This document shows, in pieces, positions 51,751 to 61,333 of a DNA stretch of 64,000 bases. Location: the NCBI GenBank assembly GCA_963665665.1, contig OY762428.1:2080001-2144000 (forward strand), written 5' to 3'. Position numbers and translations under genes: made by a program. How positions within the stretch are numbered: the first letter of the stretch is position 1; each line of letters begins with the position of its first letter. Under the pieces are notes generated by a model that saw only the letters and a list, made by a program, of their open reading frames with translations, had not been told where the DNA came from and made no database searches. The stretch is from Candidatus Kapaibacterium sp. (GTDB lineage Bacteria > Bacteroidota > Ignavibacteria > Kapaibacteriales > UBA2268).

Positions 51751-51795
51751 TCACGCAATTGGGAATAATTATTGACAAGCAAAGGTGTTGCGTAA

Positions 51796-52158
51796 ATGAA
51801 AAACCTTCTGATCGGAATAATAATTGGTGTTGCACTTGCAGTAGTATTCTTGGTTGCAAAAAGCCTGTTTATAGCGCAGAAGGAAATACCGAGAAACCAT
51901 GTTGCCGTTGAAATAAAGATTGAAACAAAAAAAGAGATTGAATCAATTGGAATCTCATCCCCACGTTCAAAACAGATTTTTAGAATTGGCGAATCAAAAG
52001 AAAGCCTTGCTGTTTTCCCGAATCCCGGCGAGGGAACTTTTTCTTTAACCTGCATCTTTAGCAATGGGGATACAATAAGAAGTACGGAGGTGTATATTGA
52101 AGGAGGATATTCAATAGCAGCAGTGATTAAAGATGATAAGATAGATATAGAATATTGA
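51796..52158 (+). CDS. Hypothetical membrane-anchored protein
   Basis: N-terminal TM segment; PGEGTF..YIEGGY. Confidence 0.65.
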   Translation: MKNLLIGIIIGVALAVVFLVAKSLFIAQKEIPRNHVAVEIKIETKKEIESIGISSPRSKQIFRIGESKESLAVFPNPGEGTFSLTCIFSNGDTIRSTEVYIEGGYSIAAVIKDDKIDIEY

Positions 52159-52235
52159 TAATTGACTTAATTTAATTTATTGAGAAATTATAATTCATTG
52201 CTACCGGCTCTCAGTTTTCAAGTGAAGATTAAAAC

Positions 52236-52262
52236 AAAAAAGCCCCGCCTTGATGGCAGGGC
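52236..52262 (-). terminator. Intrinsic terminator
   Basis: Minus strand gccctgcc-atcaa-ggcggggc-tttttt. Confidence 0.7.
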
Positions 52263-52309
52263 CGAAAATCAGGATCTCGAAAGATCGCTAATCAAGCAGG
52301 ATGGAATTT

Positions 52310-52969
52310 TTAGAAGGAACCAAACTGGAAGGTGATACCACCGGATACCCCGCTCAGCTCCATATCTTTTGCTTTATCGATAGATTTAAACTCTGAATTG
52401 CTGCGAATCTCATCAACGAATCTGTATCCGGCTTCAACCTGTATTCTGAAGAATTTTGCCACATTAAGTTCTACAGCTATACTTGGTTCAAGAACGAAGT
52501 AGGCAGCCCAGATTTCATCATGATCGTAATCATCCATATTCATTCTGTCAATATCCTGAACAGATGCGCCTCCGAAACCAATCAACGTATTGGCGCTGAA
52601 ATGAAGTACTTCCCAGGGATCGTGAATATATTCAAGATAAAGCCCGCCATATCCGAACATGAAGTCAGCATCAATTGTTTCGTTCTGGCCGTTCTGGTAG
52701 GTGAATTCGGGCCATGTAACGAGGCCGTATCCGGCGCCGCCGATTGAGAACTGCTTGTTTATCGTCCATGCGCCTTTACCGCCCACGAACATTGCGAACT
52801 CGTTATCAACCTGAGAGAATTTAATACTTGGCCCGCCATACCCGGAGGATGAGAATTTTTTACCGCCGAAAATTGTATTAATATCCTGATCTTCTTCCTG
52901 TGCCATTGCTGTCGTTGCTGTCATTGCCATTAGGGCGAACATTGCCATTGTCAAAATGATTTTCTTCAT
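52310..52969 (-). CDS. Outer-membrane beta-barrel protein
   Basis: Signal peptide (AMA), alternating strands, C-terminal FQFGSF. Confidence 0.8.
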   Translation of the reverse strand: MKKIILTMAMFALMAMTATTAMAQEEDQDINTIFGGKKFSSSGYGGPSIKFSQVDNEFAMFVGGKGAWTINKQFSIGGAGYGLVTWPEFTYQNGQNETIDADFMFGYGGLYLEYIHDPWEVLHFSANTLIGFGGASVQDIDRMNMDDYDHDEIWAAYFVLEPSIAVELNVAKFFRIQVEAGYRFVDEIRSNSEFKSIDKAKDMELSGVSGGITFQFGSF

Positions 52970-53016
52970 TTCTTTTTCCTTCCAATTTAGATTATAACTT
53001 GTAAATAAAATTTTCT

Positions 53017-54273
53017 TTAGAATATACCGGCTTTTACATAAAATCCTATAGACATATTACTTAGGTCTAATGCTCTTAGCGAGGCATCTTCCCTGAATAG
53101 TGTACTGCTTTTAAAACTGTAAACATATCTGTATGAAGCTTCAAAACCGAATTTTACATAAGGCATCAGGTTAATTTCTGCTCCTGCACCCGGTTCAACC
53201 ACTGTAAATACTGTCCAGGGCTGATTGGGTAATACTGTTATCCCGTTACTGACTGATGCGCCGCCGAATCCAAGGGTTGTACTGAAAGTATAGTGTAGCA
53301 GGTCGTCGCTGTTGCTGAAGTATTCCAGCAGGAGGCCGCCGTATCCCATATACATTTTAGTACTCTGGTCAATAATATCGCTTCCCCATACATCCATTTG
53401 GGTGCCGTTAGTCAATCCGTAGCCGGTAATACCGATGGAATATTTTTTATTCATAACCCATCCGATTTTTCCGCCGGCAAGTATTACGTTTTTCCCGTTA
53501 ATACTTGATGATTTCACCATCGGGGCGCCATACCAGCCACTGTGTTCCAGTATTGTTGAAAGAGTTTTTATTTCGTTACTGTCAAACTCTTCATCATCGT
53601 ATATCGGATCGTAGTCGCCAGCCGGGAAAAAATCTGATGGTATTGCCATGACCGGTTTCTCAACTCCAATCCGGCTGTCGGGTTTATAATTTCCTGTTAA
53701 AATATCAGGATAGTTTTCAAAGTACTCAATAATTTCTTGTGTTTTTTCCGGCGCTGTTGCCGCCATTGCCTGACTATTTAAATTCCGGGGCAGCCCATTA
53801 GTTTTAGTATCTTCTTTTTCCTGATTATTTGCCCTTTTCTCTGCCAAAGTACTGTTGTCATTTTCCGAGCTTATAATTACAGGTACTGCCCCGGGGATGG
53901 TTTGGTTAGTCAGGTAATTTTTATTTGTATCTGCCATTGATGAATCAATAACGCTAATGCTTTTTTCAACTATTTGTTCAACTGCTTTGCTCAGGGTGGC
54001 TTCTTTTTCCGAATCGGGAGTAAAATGCCAGGCCAATATTGCCAGGCTGACTGTTACCGGAACAATTACTGCCGTCAGCGCTTTTCCGCCAAGTAAGTAT
54101 TTCAATCCGGATTTGCCTATCCATCCGGCAGCAAGTGTCAGAGCGATATGCTTGGCAACAAGCTTTTCCGCGTCCTTCCTGGTAAAATCAACTTTTTCGT
54201 TGCTGGCGGCCTTAAAATAATTATCCAGAAGATTTTTATCACCGCCATGTTTATTTTTATTTTCGCTTTTCAT
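53017..54273 (-). CDS. Putative anti-sigma: TM segment, long linker and C-terminal beta-barrel
   Basis: Overlaps the ECF sigma stop; TM near aa 60-82; C-terminal 180 aa resemble 52310-52969 (GGKIGW, YGGL, EPG, terminal F). Confidence 0.65.
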   Translation of the reverse strand: MKSENKNKHGGDKNLLDNYFKAASNEKVDFTRKDAEKLVAKHIALTLAAGWIGKSGLKYLLGGKALTAVIVPVTVSLAILAWHFTPDSEKEATLSKAVEQIVEKSISVIDSSMADTNKNYLTNQTIPGAVPVIISSENDNSTLAEKRANNQEKEDTKTNGLPRNLNSQAMAATAPEKTQEIIEYFENYPDILTGNYKPDSRIGVEKPVMAIPSDFFPAGDYDPIYDDEEFDSNEIKTLSTILEHSGWYGAPMVKSSSINGKNVILAGGKIGWVMNKKYSIGITGYGLTNGTQMDVWGSDIIDQSTKMYMGYGGLLLEYFSNSDDLLHYTFSTTLGFGGASVSNGITVLPNQPWTVFTVVEPGAGAEINLMPYVKFGFEASYRYVYSFKSSTLFREDASLRALDLSNMSIGFYVKAGIF

Positions 54274-54896
54274 GTATCACTCCCGGCATAAGTGAGCTTT
54301 TTTAAATTCTCATTCCGGGCAGCTCCGTTATTTTTCTTCGACTTGCTACTATTATTCCCGGATATTGCTTCTTGTTCGTCACCATCGCCTGCTCTCAGGA
54401 TTTTTTCTAACGCTTTTCTGCCTCTCTGAACTCTTGATTTAACCCCCGGAAGCGATCCTCCCTGTATTTCCCGGATATCTTCCATCGAAAGGCCGTTTAT
54501 TTCATATAGGATAACGGCTTCTTTCTGCTTCTCGGGAATTTTGTCCAGCGCCTGATAAAGCACCTGAACATCATATCCCGAATCGGGGCTGCTCTCGGCA
54601 GAAGTTAAGTTTTCAAAAACCCTGTCGGATTCTTCGTCGCTTGAAAAGACGGAGAAAATTCTTTTTCTCCAGTTTGTTCTCTTATAAATCCTGCTTGCTA
54701 TCGTGAACATCCAGCTTTTGAAAGCTACGGGATTCTTAAGAGTATGGAAGCTGTCGAAAGCTTTAAGAGTGGCTTCCTGAACCAAATCCATGGCTTCGTC
54801 ATTATTTCGGGCCATAGCTTTGGCAAACCTTACCAGGCCTTCACGGCATGGCTCGTATAACGCCATAAACTCTTCCTGCTTTTTATTCAGGTCCAT
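54270..54896 (-). CDS. ECF RNA polymerase sigma factor
   Basis: AMDLVQEA, FKSWMFTIA and VKSRVQRGR motifs. Confidence 0.92.
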   Translation of the reverse strand: MDLNKKQEEFMALYEPCREGLVRFAKAMARNNDEAMDLVQEATLKAFDSFHTLKNPVAFKSWMFTIASRIYKRTNWRKRIFSVFSSDEESDRVFENLTSAESSPDSGYDVQVLYQALDKIPEKQKEAVILYEINGLSMEDIREIQGGSLPGVKSRVQRGRKALEKILRAGDGDEQEAISGNNSSKSKKNNGAARNENLKKLTYAGSDT

Positions 54897-55479
54897 TTCA
54901 ATTCATCCTTTTCAAACTCATCCCATCCTGATTTTCTTTTTCGAGGGGCTTTTCATTGCCCTTCTGTGTAGTATGATACTTGAAATGCAAAACGGATGCA
55001 AAGTTTTTTCAATTAATTTAAAAAATATCAAAAAAGTTTTCAAACAGCCTTGATTACGAAAATAATCAAACTAAGTTTCGAAACATAATTCAATGTTTTA
55101 TAAGCAATTATTTTTATTAAAATATGATTGGGATTGTTCGGATTGTCTCTTTTTTTCAGATAATAATTCCTAAAGGTATAACAAATCTGTTTCTGAACCT
55201 CAAATATTTTGATCAATTTGATATAAAATTGTGAAACCCATACAATTGAAGGCAAAGCTTTAGGAAAAATATTACTCGACTGGCCCCAGAATTCGCTGTT
55301 AAAGTTTGATTTTGAATTCACAACAGTGATTTTAATTAAATTTATCTTGCTTTATGTTGGATTTTTAAGCTTAAATTTTGAAAATACATAACAATAATAT
55401 ATTTTTAGGATAATATAATTATGTAATTTACGTATATCTCGTTCTATAAATATTCTTACTTTTTTGATTGGTGATGATA

Positions 55480-56280
55480 ATGGAAAAATCTCCCTACAAT
55501 GCAACCGTTACAGGAAAAATTTTAATTACTCCGGACCTTATGGTTCTCAGGGTAAGGACTGACGACCCGAGAGATCTGTTCAGGGCCGGACAATATACTA
55601 CTATCGGCCTTCAGGGCAAGGAACCGCGTTCCTCTAATTCGGTGATGCCGCTTGAACCTTCGCCTGAAAACAATCTGATCAAAAGGCCTTATTCGATTGC
55701 CTCGGCAAGCAATGAAACAAGAGACTTCGAGTTTTATATCAGCCAGGTGAAGTCCGGGCAGCTTACACCACGCCTGTTTAACCTTACGTTGGGGCGCAGA
55801 ATGTGGGTGGATGATGAAATACTCGGCATTTTCACACTAGATAAAACTCCGAAGGACTGCAATATAGTAATGATAGCCACCGGCACGGGGCTTGCACCAT
55901 ATATCAGTTTCCTGCGTTCCCATATCAACGATCACCCGGAAATCAATCTTGCCGTTATCCACGGAGCCGGTTTCCCCTGGGATCTTGGTTATTACAGCGA
56001 ACTTCAGTTTATCAGCAATACTTTCAAAAATTTCTTTTATTATCCTACATTGCTGAGGGCAGACAATTCATGGACCGGCCTGCGAGGTTATATCGAGGAA
56101 CATCTTGAATCAGGATTACTGCAAAAGGATGCCGGAATTCCGATAGATCCCGAGAAAACACATTTCTACCTGTGCGGAAATCCGAAAATGGTGGAATCAG
56201 TTTCGTCATTCCTTTACAAGAAAAAATATACAAAGCATTGCAGCACGGCAGACGGCGCCCTGCATATTGAAGAGTACTAA
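55480..56280 (+). CDS. fpr: Ferredoxin--NADP reductase
   Basis: RPYSIAS, GQLTPRL, ATGTGLAPY and CGNPKM motifs. Confidence 0.88.
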   Translation: MEKSPYNATVTGKILITPDLMVLRVRTDDPRDLFRAGQYTTIGLQGKEPRSSNSVMPLEPSPENNLIKRPYSIASASNETRDFEFYISQVKSGQLTPRLFNLTLGRRMWVDDEILGIFTLDKTPKDCNIVMIATGTGLAPYISFLRSHINDHPEINLAVIHGAGFPWDLGYYSELQFISNTFKNFFYYPTLLRADNSWTGLRGYIEEHLESGLLQKDAGIPIDPEKTHFYLCGNPKMVESVSSFLYKKKYTKHCSTADGALHIEEY

Positions 56281-56300
56281 TTGGAAATTACAGGTTAACA

Positions 56301-56915
56301 ATGGCAAAAAGATTTTTACTGATATTATTATCGATCATTATCATACTTCCTTCCTGCCTTGTGGTGAAGGAAAAGGAATATTCAGACGTAGAGCAGACTA
56401 TATCGCTAAGCCCCAAGCCGGAAATCCCCATGTCCGAAAAACTGGTGCGTTCCAAAAAAGGGGATATGATATCTTTTATACCCGAAGAATGGTTTTTCGT
56501 GAACGTAAACGAAGATGCTTCATCGGATATTATTATTATGGCTGTAAACCCGGATTATACCCTCGGGGTTGTTTTTTCAGAAATCCGAAAGAACGACCTT
56601 GTTGACGGTATCGTCCGAAAGGAAGGCCTGCTGGGACTTGCCAGGCTGAGTATGGACCGCAGGGCCAGGAAAACCGGAGGTGCATCCAAGCTGCTGGGCA
56701 AATACACTCCTGTGGAAATGGGGTCTAATGATTTCGTGAAATACGAATTTTCTTCTGCCGGAAACATGAGGTCGATAGCGGTAGTATTCAAATCATCGCT
56801 TGATATGTATTACGAAATGACCATGATGCCAATGAGCTTTTCCGGCAAGAAGCTGCCTCCTTATGACGAAATAAACAAAATATTACGATCCGTGATGGCC
56901 ACGGTAAAATTTTAA
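56301..56915 (+). CDS. Hypothetical lipoprotein
   Basis: LPSC lipobox-like signal. Confidence 0.65.
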   Translation: MAKRFLLILLSIIIILPSCLVVKEKEYSDVEQTISLSPKPEIPMSEKLVRSKKGDMISFIPEEWFFVNVNEDASSDIIIMAVNPDYTLGVVFSEIRKNDLVDGIVRKEGLLGLARLSMDRRARKTGGASKLLGKYTPVEMGSNDFVKYEFSSAGNMRSIAVVFKSSLDMYYEMTMMPMSFSGKKLPPYDEINKILRSVMATVKF

Positions 56916-56922
56916 TATTAAT

Positions 56923-56948
56923 GCCGGTTATTTAGCCGGCTTTTTTTT
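56923..56948 (+). terminator. Intrinsic terminator
   Basis: gccggtta-tt-tagccggc followed by T8. Confidence 0.8.
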
Positions 56949-56961
56949 CGAGGTATGTAAT

Positions 56962-57408
56962 ATGAAAATATCCCCCGATACACAAAATGTGATTGATTTC
57001 CTGGACGAGATAAGCGATGGTAGCCTGAAGCAAAAGGACGACCTGGCGTTCCTGCTTGAAGCATGGGCGGCTACAGGACAGCCCGATGCGACAAACTTTA
57101 TGATTGAAAGCGGAGCTTCGCTTCACAGGGTTTCCGAAACTATAAAGAAGGCACAGGATAATCCCGAGGCGCTTGCAAAGCTAGACGAGGAAGAGTTCAA
57201 ATTCCAGACAGCAGTCAGAATTAATATTATGTCGGTAACTTATGATAGTGAAAAAAATGAATATTTCGAATTAAAATACCGCCAATTGACCGAAGAGTGT
57301 TATCAGAACATGAGGGATCTGGCCCACGACCTGCACCTGCTGCGGAAACTCCAGAAAACCAGCCGGGAAATGAATCAGGCCGGCAAAGACGGGGAAGCCG
57401 CGAAATGA
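56962..57408 (+). CDS. Hypothetical helical protein
   Basis: GAGG RBS; ATGA overlap with the next gene. Confidence 0.65.
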   Translation: MKISPDTQNVIDFLDEISDGSLKQKDDLAFLLEAWAATGQPDATNFMIESGASLHRVSETIKKAQDNPEALAKLDEEEFKFQTAVRINIMSVTYDSEKNEYFELKYRQLTEECYQNMRDLAHDLHLLRKLQKTSREMNQAGKDGEAAK

Positions 57409-57920
57409 CGCCTGTAGGCCACGTATCGCTGGCGTATCTCGGAGGCGCTTTTTTTAAAAAGTTGCCCGTACCGGCATTGATAATCGGCGCATTGCTGCCT
57501 GATATTGACTTCATGTTTGTTTTCTTTCCCTGGTTCGATTCCATTCACCGTTCGGTTACTCACAGCCTGCTGTTCATACTTACAGGTTCGGGTGTAATCA
57601 CTTTGCTGCCCCGGGTAAAGAATAAAAAATACTTCTTTTGGGGATTATTTCTTGGCAGCGCCCTGCACCTGCTTGCCGATTCGATGATGGACGGCAATCC
57701 CGGCAACGGCATGGGAATACAGCTTTTCTGGCCATTCTTTGATTACTACTTCATGCCGTTTAACCTGATTGGCGGATTTGGTCACGGCCCCGGCTGGAAG
57801 CAGCCCCTGGAGCAACTGAAATATTCCCTTCCCGCCCTGCTTATAGAAACCCCTCTGGCAATAGCCGCCTTGGTAGTGTTTTGGAAGAGGAGGAAAGGCA
57901 AAATGATAGAAGAACGGTAA
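57405..57920 (+). CDS. Membrane metal-dependent hydrolase (YdjM family)
   Basis: MTPVGH, LLPDID, HRSVTHS and HLLAD motifs. Confidence 0.85.
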   Translation: MTPVGHVSLAYLGGAFFKKLPVPALIIGALLPDIDFMFVFFPWFDSIHRSVTHSLLFILTGSGVITLLPRVKNKKYFFWGLFLGSALHLLADSMMDGNPGNGMGIQLFWPFFDYYFMPFNLIGGFGHGPGWKQPLEQLKYSLPALLIETPLAIAALVVFWKRRKGKMIEER

Positions 57921-57940
57921 GCTTGATTATATAAGGAGAT

Positions 57941-58143
57941 ATGAGAATGAAAAAAGTAAACAGTAAAATTGTTGATTGGGATGACCATATAGATAATAAG
58001 TACGGCAGGAAAGGCTCGCGAACCCGCGAAAAGTTTGAACAGGAACTTGAAGCTTTCAAAATCGGCGTGCTTATTCAGGAAGCCAGAAAACAGAAAAAAT
58101 GACTCAGGAAGAACTGGCAAAAAAAGTGGGTACAACTAAATGA
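57941..58143 (+). pseudogene. Frameshifted, truncated XRE-HTH (HigA-like) antitoxin
   Basis: KYGRKG..REKFE..FKIGVLIQEARK, frameshift in the A-run near 58095, then MTQEELAKKVGTTK*. Confidence 0.75.
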
Positions 58144-58276
58144 TATTTCCCAATAATGTAAATAGGAACTTAGAAAGTTTAACTACAAGGGGAAATATCA
58201 TTATAAGTAGAATTTAGTCATGCGAAGAAATAAGAATTATCTCAAACAAACTCATTTGTCAATAATATTACAAAAA

Positions 58277-58783
58277 TCAATACCCAATTAATAAAATTCC
58301 TTTCAGCGGTAGTTGTAAGCGATTACTAATATATAATGTTTCTAAAAATGTATAAATCTTTAAGAAGTCATTACTTCCACGATAATTATTCCTGACGGCA
58401 ATTATCAGATATTCAACCTCAAACATCATACATGCTTGGAAAATATCTTTTAAAAACTGGTTATTAGCAACAGCTCTACCAGCTTCAACTTCTATAACAA
58501 TTTTATTATCTTGACTAAGGGCATCAGCATTGAAACTTTTGTCAATTTGATTTTCACAACCAAATAATACGGGTACATGTATCTTTTGATTCTTAGATTT
58601 ACCTGTTTCGACTTTAAATTCAATTGTCTCAAGTCCTGGTCTTAAAATTTCTAAGACATCATTACTGTTTAAATGTTTGTCTTCGGATGATATTTTATTT
58701 TCAACACCTTTGAATATATCAATAACTGTATTGATATGCTTTGTAATTCCATGAGAACGAGGGAAAAACTGGAATTTAATCAT
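58277..58783 (-). CDS. Restriction-endonuclease-like PD-(D/E)XK protein
   Basis: FNADA...IVIEVEAG...FLKD pattern, reminiscent of BglII/BstYI-like enzymes. Confidence 0.55.
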   Translation of the reverse strand: MIKFQFFPRSHGITKHINTVIDIFKGVENKISSEDKHLNSNDVLEILRPGLETIEFKVETGKSKNQKIHVPVLFGCENQIDKSFNADALSQDNKIVIEVEAGRAVANNQFLKDIFQACMMFEVEYLIIAVRNNYRGSNDFLKIYTFLETLYISNRLQLPLKGILLIGY

Positions 58784-59013
58784 AACTGCTCATTAATATA
58801 TTTACTCAAAACATTATCTGGCAAAGTCAGTTCATTTTCTTCAACAAAAAAGAATATTTTCTCATCGACAAATCTTGCTTCTTCAGAGGAATAAGTAGAA
58901 TTATTCATGATTGCATCATTTAAAGAAACAGTACTTATAGTAACATTGCCAAATTCTTTGATGAAAATATCTCTACAAGGATATTCTTGATTATTAAAAA
59001 TTATAGGACGCAT
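58780..59013 (-). CDS. Small hypothetical protein
   Basis: 77 aa; 4-nt overlap with the next gene. Confidence 0.55.
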   Translation of the reverse strand: MRPIIFNNQEYPCRDIFIKEFGNVTISTVSLNDAIMNNSTYSSEEARFVDEKIFFFVEENELTLPDNVLSKYINEQL

Positions 59014-59383
59014 GTTTGAACCATACTTAAATGAATAGAATAAAATAAAAATAATTAAAATTCAGAAAAAATATAATAATACAAAAATACTTTGATTTTT
59101 GAAATAACCGCATAAATCATAATATTATTTTATTGAGACACATCAAAAATCATAATATTTCTGGATCGTAATATAAAATTATGTTTTTCCATCTCTACTT
59201 GTTGTAACTGAAATGAAAAATCTATCAGAATTTTTACAGAAAATTGATCTCGCATATTAAAATAAGAATGATATTATAAATTTACTAAATCAAACTGCCG
59301 AAAAATCCTTGCAGAACATTTTCCGTTTAAAAGTGTTATTTTTTGGAAAGGGAGCAATATTGGGCCATCAAACAGGATGAAGT

Positions 59384-60322
59384 ATGAGGTATTTATTAAT
59401 TTTAATAGCCATTTGCCTTGTTTCATGCAGCAATTCTACTGATAATTCTGAAAAATTGCAGGAATGGGAATTTCTGGATTATTCTTTAACCGAAAATTTA
59501 ACGGATGTCGAATTTCTTAACGATGATTTCGGAATTATTTCCGGTTGTTTGGGGACACTCCTAAAAACAACCAATGGAGGTGATACATGGGAAAAACTTG
59601 ATGTTGGTATAAATCATTCTTTTCTAAAGGTTTTTGCCCTGAATGAAAATGAATTTTTCACATCAAGAATCGGACTATACAAAACAAACGACAACGGAGG
59701 TTCGTTCGATGATTTGGGCGGATTATCCGAGGAACCGGGGTCAATATTCTCAATTCATTTCTTTAATTCGGATAACGGATTAATATGCAAGGGCGGCAGA
59801 ATTCTTAAAACAACCAACGCCGGAGAGAATTGGCAGGAAGTATATAATTCCGGTTTTGCCTGCGATATGCAGTTTGTTTCCGAATCTGTGGGATTTGTTT
59901 CAGGAGGAATAACCTACGACGGTAAGTCTGTGGGCGAAATTTATAAAACAACCGACGGCGGAAATAATTGGAACAAAATTGAAATAGACATAGCTGATAT
60001 ATCAGCAATGTATTTTTTGAATGAGAATACAGGTTATATAGCAATGTATGATAATAGTATTTTGAAAACAACTGATGGCGGCGAAAATTGGGATTTAGTT
60101 TCAAATATTCCAATCTTGTTTTATGATATTATCTTTTTAAATGAAAAGACGGGATACGGAGTCGGGGCTAATTATATCTACAGCACAACAAATGGCGGGG
60201 AAACCTGGGCGCAGGAGCTGGAAGATAATGATATTATATTTACATCAATAACAAAAACTCCAAACAACACAGTTTATACCGTTACTGATAACGGCCATAT
60301 TCTGCGAAAACTGAGCGATTAG
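59384..60322 (+). CDS. YCF48/BNR-repeat beta-propeller lipoprotein
   Basis: LVSC lipobox; repeated KTT(N/D)GGxxW Asp-boxes. Confidence 0.88.
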   Translation: MRYLLILIAICLVSCSNSTDNSEKLQEWEFLDYSLTENLTDVEFLNDDFGIISGCLGTLLKTTNGGDTWEKLDVGINHSFLKVFALNENEFFTSRIGLYKTNDNGGSFDDLGGLSEEPGSIFSIHFFNSDNGLICKGGRILKTTNAGENWQEVYNSGFACDMQFVSESVGFVSGGITYDGKSVGEIYKTTDGGNNWNKIEIDIADISAMYFLNENTGYIAMYDNSILKTTDGGENWDLVSNIPILFYDIIFLNEKTGYGVGANYIYSTTNGGETWAQELEDNDIIFTSITKTPNNTVYTVTDNGHILRKLSD

Positions 60323-60658
60323 TGAAGAGATGGGCCACACCTTATCAAAAAATATTTTTGGGGAATGAAATTTCAGGAATTCGAGGTGATCCGGGGTGGC
60401 ACATCTGAATATTGCAAACCTCCTCCGGCCTGATTGCCACCCTCACGCTGAGGGATATGTTGGAATCGTGAGAACCTGTCATGCTCTGAAACTGTTCCTC
60501 GAGATTTCCTTATCCCGGCTTGAAGTGAGAAAAGAATTTACAAATCCTTCTCCTCGTTGCGAAGCCCCGCTTCGCAAAGCTATTAGGGTAAAGCTACATT
60601 AAGTTATCTAAAAAGTTCTCCTTAACAATCAACAGCCGGGGCGGACCAAAAACTCTCC

Positions 60659-60689
60659 CTCGTCCAATGAAAATCAATCATTGGACGAG
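60659..60689. terminator. 12-bp perfect hairpin between convergent genes
   Basis: ctcgtccaatga / tcattggacgag. Confidence 0.55.
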
Positions 60690-60700
60690 AAAAATCATAG

Positions 60701-61333
60701 TTACTCTATAAGCCTGTTTTTTATGGCGTAGCGGGTAAGCTCCACGTTATTTTTCATGCCCATTTTTTCGAGTATCCTGTTGCGGTATGTGCTGATAGTA
60801 TTTATACTAAGGAATAGTTCTTCTGCTATCTCGGAAATGGTCTTGCCGGAGGAAAGCATATACATCACCTGGAATTCCCTGTCCGAAAGGGACTCGTGCA
60901 GTGGCGTGCCGTCGCCCATTTCAATGGTGGAGGCAAGTATTTCCGCCAGTTCGGGGGATATATATTTTCTGCCGGTGGATACTTTCCTGATAGCGTCAAT
61001 CAGCACCTTGGGTTTGCATTCCTTGTTTATATACCCGGAAGCGCCGGCTTTTATCACCCTAACGGCATACTGCTCCTCGGGGAACATGGTGAAAACAAGC
61101 ACTGCCGTTTTGGGGCTTATCTGTTTCAGTTCCTTAAGCGTATCCAGTCCGTCCTTGCCGGGCATGGAGATATCCAGCAGGACAACATCATATTTATTTT
61201 TTTGAATTTTTTCAAGAAGTTCGTTTCCGTTTTCAGCTTCGTCTATGGCCCTGATATCTGTAGTATCGTCAAATATTTGTTTCAGGCCTTTCCTAACAAC
61301 CTCGTGGTCGTCAACTATTATCAGATTAATCAT
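60701..61333 (-). CDS. NarL/UvrY family response regulator
   Basis: DDH, LLDISMP and LuxR HTH (LSDREFQV). Confidence 0.93.
   Translation of the reverse strand: MINLIIVDDHEVVRKGLKQIFDDTTDIRAIDEAENGNELLEKIQKNKYDVVLLDISMPGKDGLDTLKELKQISPKTAVLVFTMFPEEQYAVRVIKAGASGYINKECKPKVLIDAIRKVSTGRKYISPELAEILASTIEMGDGTPLHESLSDREFQVMYMLSSGKTISEIAEELFLSINTISTYRNRILEKMGMKNNVELTRYAIKNRLIE

Noticed and set aside
60570-60645. c-di-GMP-I riboswitch (cgcaaagcta..gggt..acagcc)
   Set aside because: Lacks the upstream GGCAAA/GNRA hairpin and has no downstream same-strand gene.
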